Shown in pieces: positions 62,411-64,000 of a stretch of 64,000 nucleotides of DNA. Source of the DNA: Angustibacter luteus (lineage in GTDB: Bacteria > Actinomycetota > Actinomycetes > Actinomycetales > Angustibacteraceae); assembly GCF_039541115.1 (NCBI RefSeq), contig NZ_BAABFP010000007.1:558001-622000 (forward strand), read 5' to 3'. The notes below the pieces were generated by a model. That model worked only from the letters and a program-made list of their open reading frames with translations, had not been told where the DNA came from and did not search any database. The position numbers were made by a program, and so were the translations under genes. Numbering within the stretch: the first letter of the stretch is position 1; every line of letters begins with the position of its first letter.

Positions 62411-64000
62411 GTGATCGCGCGCATGTCGACGTTGTTCCTTCGCACCCTGCGTGAGGACCCGTCGGACGCCGAGGTCCCCAGCCACCGCCTGCTGGTCCGC
62501 GCCGGCTACATCCGTCGCGCGGCGCCGGGCATCTACACCTGGCTGCCGCTGGGCCTTCGGGTGCTGCGCAAGGTCGAGGCGATCGTCCGGGAGGAGATGG
62601 ACGCGGCCGGCTTCCAGGAGCTGCAGTTCCCGGCCCTGCTGCCGCGCGAGCCGTACGACGCGACCGGCCGCTGGACGGAGTACGGCGACAACATCTTCCG
62701 CCTGAAGGACCGCAAGGGCGGCGACTACCTGCTCGGCCCGACGCACGAGGAGATGTTCACCCTCACGGTCAAGGACCTGTACTCGTCCTACAAGGACCTG
62801 CCGCTCTCGCTCTACCAGATCCAGAACAAGTACCGCGACGAGGCGCGTCCGCGCGCGGGCCTGCTGCGCGGGCGCGAGTTCATCATGAAGGACTCGTACT
62901 CCTTCGACGTGGACGACGCCGGGCTGCAGCGCTCCTACGAAGCGCACCGGGCGGCGTACATCAAGATCTTCGACCGGCTCGGCATGGACTACGTGATCGT
63001 CGCTGCCATGTCCGGCGCGATGGGCGGCAGCGCCAGCGAGGAGTTCTTGGCCAACGCGGTCAACGGCGAGGACACGTACGTGCGCTCGGCGGGGGGCTAC
63101 GCCGCCAACGTCGAGGCGGTGGTCACCGTGCCGCCGCCCGCGGCGGACGCGACCGGCATCCGGGCCGCACACGTCGAGGACACCCCGGACACCCCGACGA
63201 TCGACTCGCTGGTGCAGGCCGCCCGCGGGCTCTTCCCGGACCGCGAGTGGTCGGCCGCGGACACGCTGAAGAACGTCGTCTTCATGCTGACCCACCCGGA
63301 CGGCAGCCGGGAGCCGCTCGTCGTCGGCCTGCCCGGCGACCGGGACGTGGACACCAAGCGCCTGGGCGCGCAGCTCGAGCCCGTCGAGGCCGAGGTGTTC
63401 ACCGACGCCGACTTCGCGAAGTACCCGGCGCTGGTCAAGGGCTACATCGGCCCGCAGGCGCTGGGCGAGGCCAGCGAGAGCGGCATCCGGTACCTCGTCG
63501 ACCCGCGCGTCGTCGACGGCACGGCCTGGGTGACCGGCGCCAACGTCGCGGGCCGGCACGTCTTCGACCTCGTGGCCGGCCGCGACTTCACGGCCGACGG
63601 GACGATCGAGGCCGCCGAGGTGCGGGCCGGCGACCTCGCACCGGACGGCTCGGGTCCGCTCGAGCTGGCCCGCGGCATCGAGATCGGCCACATCTTCCAG
63701 CTCGGCCGCAAGTACGCCGAGGCGCTCGGGCTGAAGGTGCTGGACGAGAACGGCAAGCAGGTCACCGTGACCATGGGCTCCTACGGCATCGGGGTGTCCC
63801 GCGCGGTCGCCTCGGTCGCGGAGAACAGCCACGACGACCTCGGTCTGGTGTGGCCGCGGGCGATCTCGCCGTACGACGTGCACGTGCTCGCGACCGGCAA
63901 GGACGAGGCGATCTTCCAGCGGGCGCAGCAGCTGGCCGACGAGCTCTCGAGCCGGGGTCTGGACGTGCTCTACGACGACCGGCCGAAGGTCTCGCCCGGG
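62411..64000 (+). CDS. proS: Proline--tRNA ligase (3' truncated by window edge)
   Basis: [61 protein letters not shown]; absent from the ORF track because there is no stop in the window. Confidence 0.96.
   Translation, partial: MIARMSTLFLRTLREDPSDAEVPSHRLLVRAGYIRRAAPGIYTWLPLGLRVLRKVEAIVREEMDAAGFQELQFPALLPREPYDATGRWTEYGDNIFRLKDRKGGDYLLGPTHEEMFTLTVKDLYSSYKDLPLSLYQIQNKYRDEARPRAGLLRGREFIMKDSYSFDVDDAGLQRSYEAHRAAYIKIFDRLGMDYVIVAAMSGAMGGSASEEFLANAVNGEDTYVRSAGGYAANVEAVVTVPPPAADATGIRAAHVEDTPDTPTIDSLVQAARGLFPDREWSAADTLKNVVFMLTHPDGSREPLVVGLPGDRDVDTKRLGAQLEPVEAEVFTDADFAKYPALVKGYIGPQALGEASESGIRYLVDPRVVDGTAWVTGANVAGRHVFDLVAGRDFTADGTIEAAEVRAGDLAPDGSGPLELARGIEIGHIFQLGRKYAEALGLKVLDENGKQVTVTMGSYGIGVSRAVASVAENSHDDLGLVWPRAISPYDVHVLATGKDEAIFQRAQQLADELSSRGLDVLYDDRPKVSPG

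Overview
High-GC actinobacterial chromosomal segment. It carries whiG and Streptomyces-like gene order, so a filamentous or Kineosporiales-like taxon is a guess only. Backbone: xerC-whiG, rpsB-tsf-pyrH-frr-cdsA-rlmN, and dxr-M50 protease-ispG-GNAT-proS. Between rlmN and dxr lies ~44 kb of accessory DNA dominated by polyamine/GABA uptake and catabolism genes, plus a TPR-diguanylate cyclase, a WYL regulator and a class F sortase with a DUF4397 substrate. No rRNA, tRNA, CRISPR array or transposase was seen. The most striking item is at 52.3-55.5 kb and is not correctly called by the ORF track. Two tandem, translationally coupled micro-ORFs share a C-terminal G-x-K-W-x motif: MKKKSPVSAVVRLSAGVLPVITLVSVLGAGSKWW (34 aa, signal-peptide-like) and MIAVLTRSEDTQYLPGYKWV (20 aa). 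They head an operon with a multi-TM GGDEF-EAL protein and a DUF5317-like membrane protein whose two-Asp motif resembles signal peptidase II. BldM/WhiI-like and BldD-like boxes lie upstream. I infer a peptide-signal/c-di-GMP module (precursor, receptor-enzyme, processing peptidase). Also visible: two candidate operator families in the polyamine cluster, symmetric bidirectional leaderless promoters, a WhiG-type promoter on the TPR-DGC, and three long REP-like hairpins. Family names come from motif recognition, not database searches.
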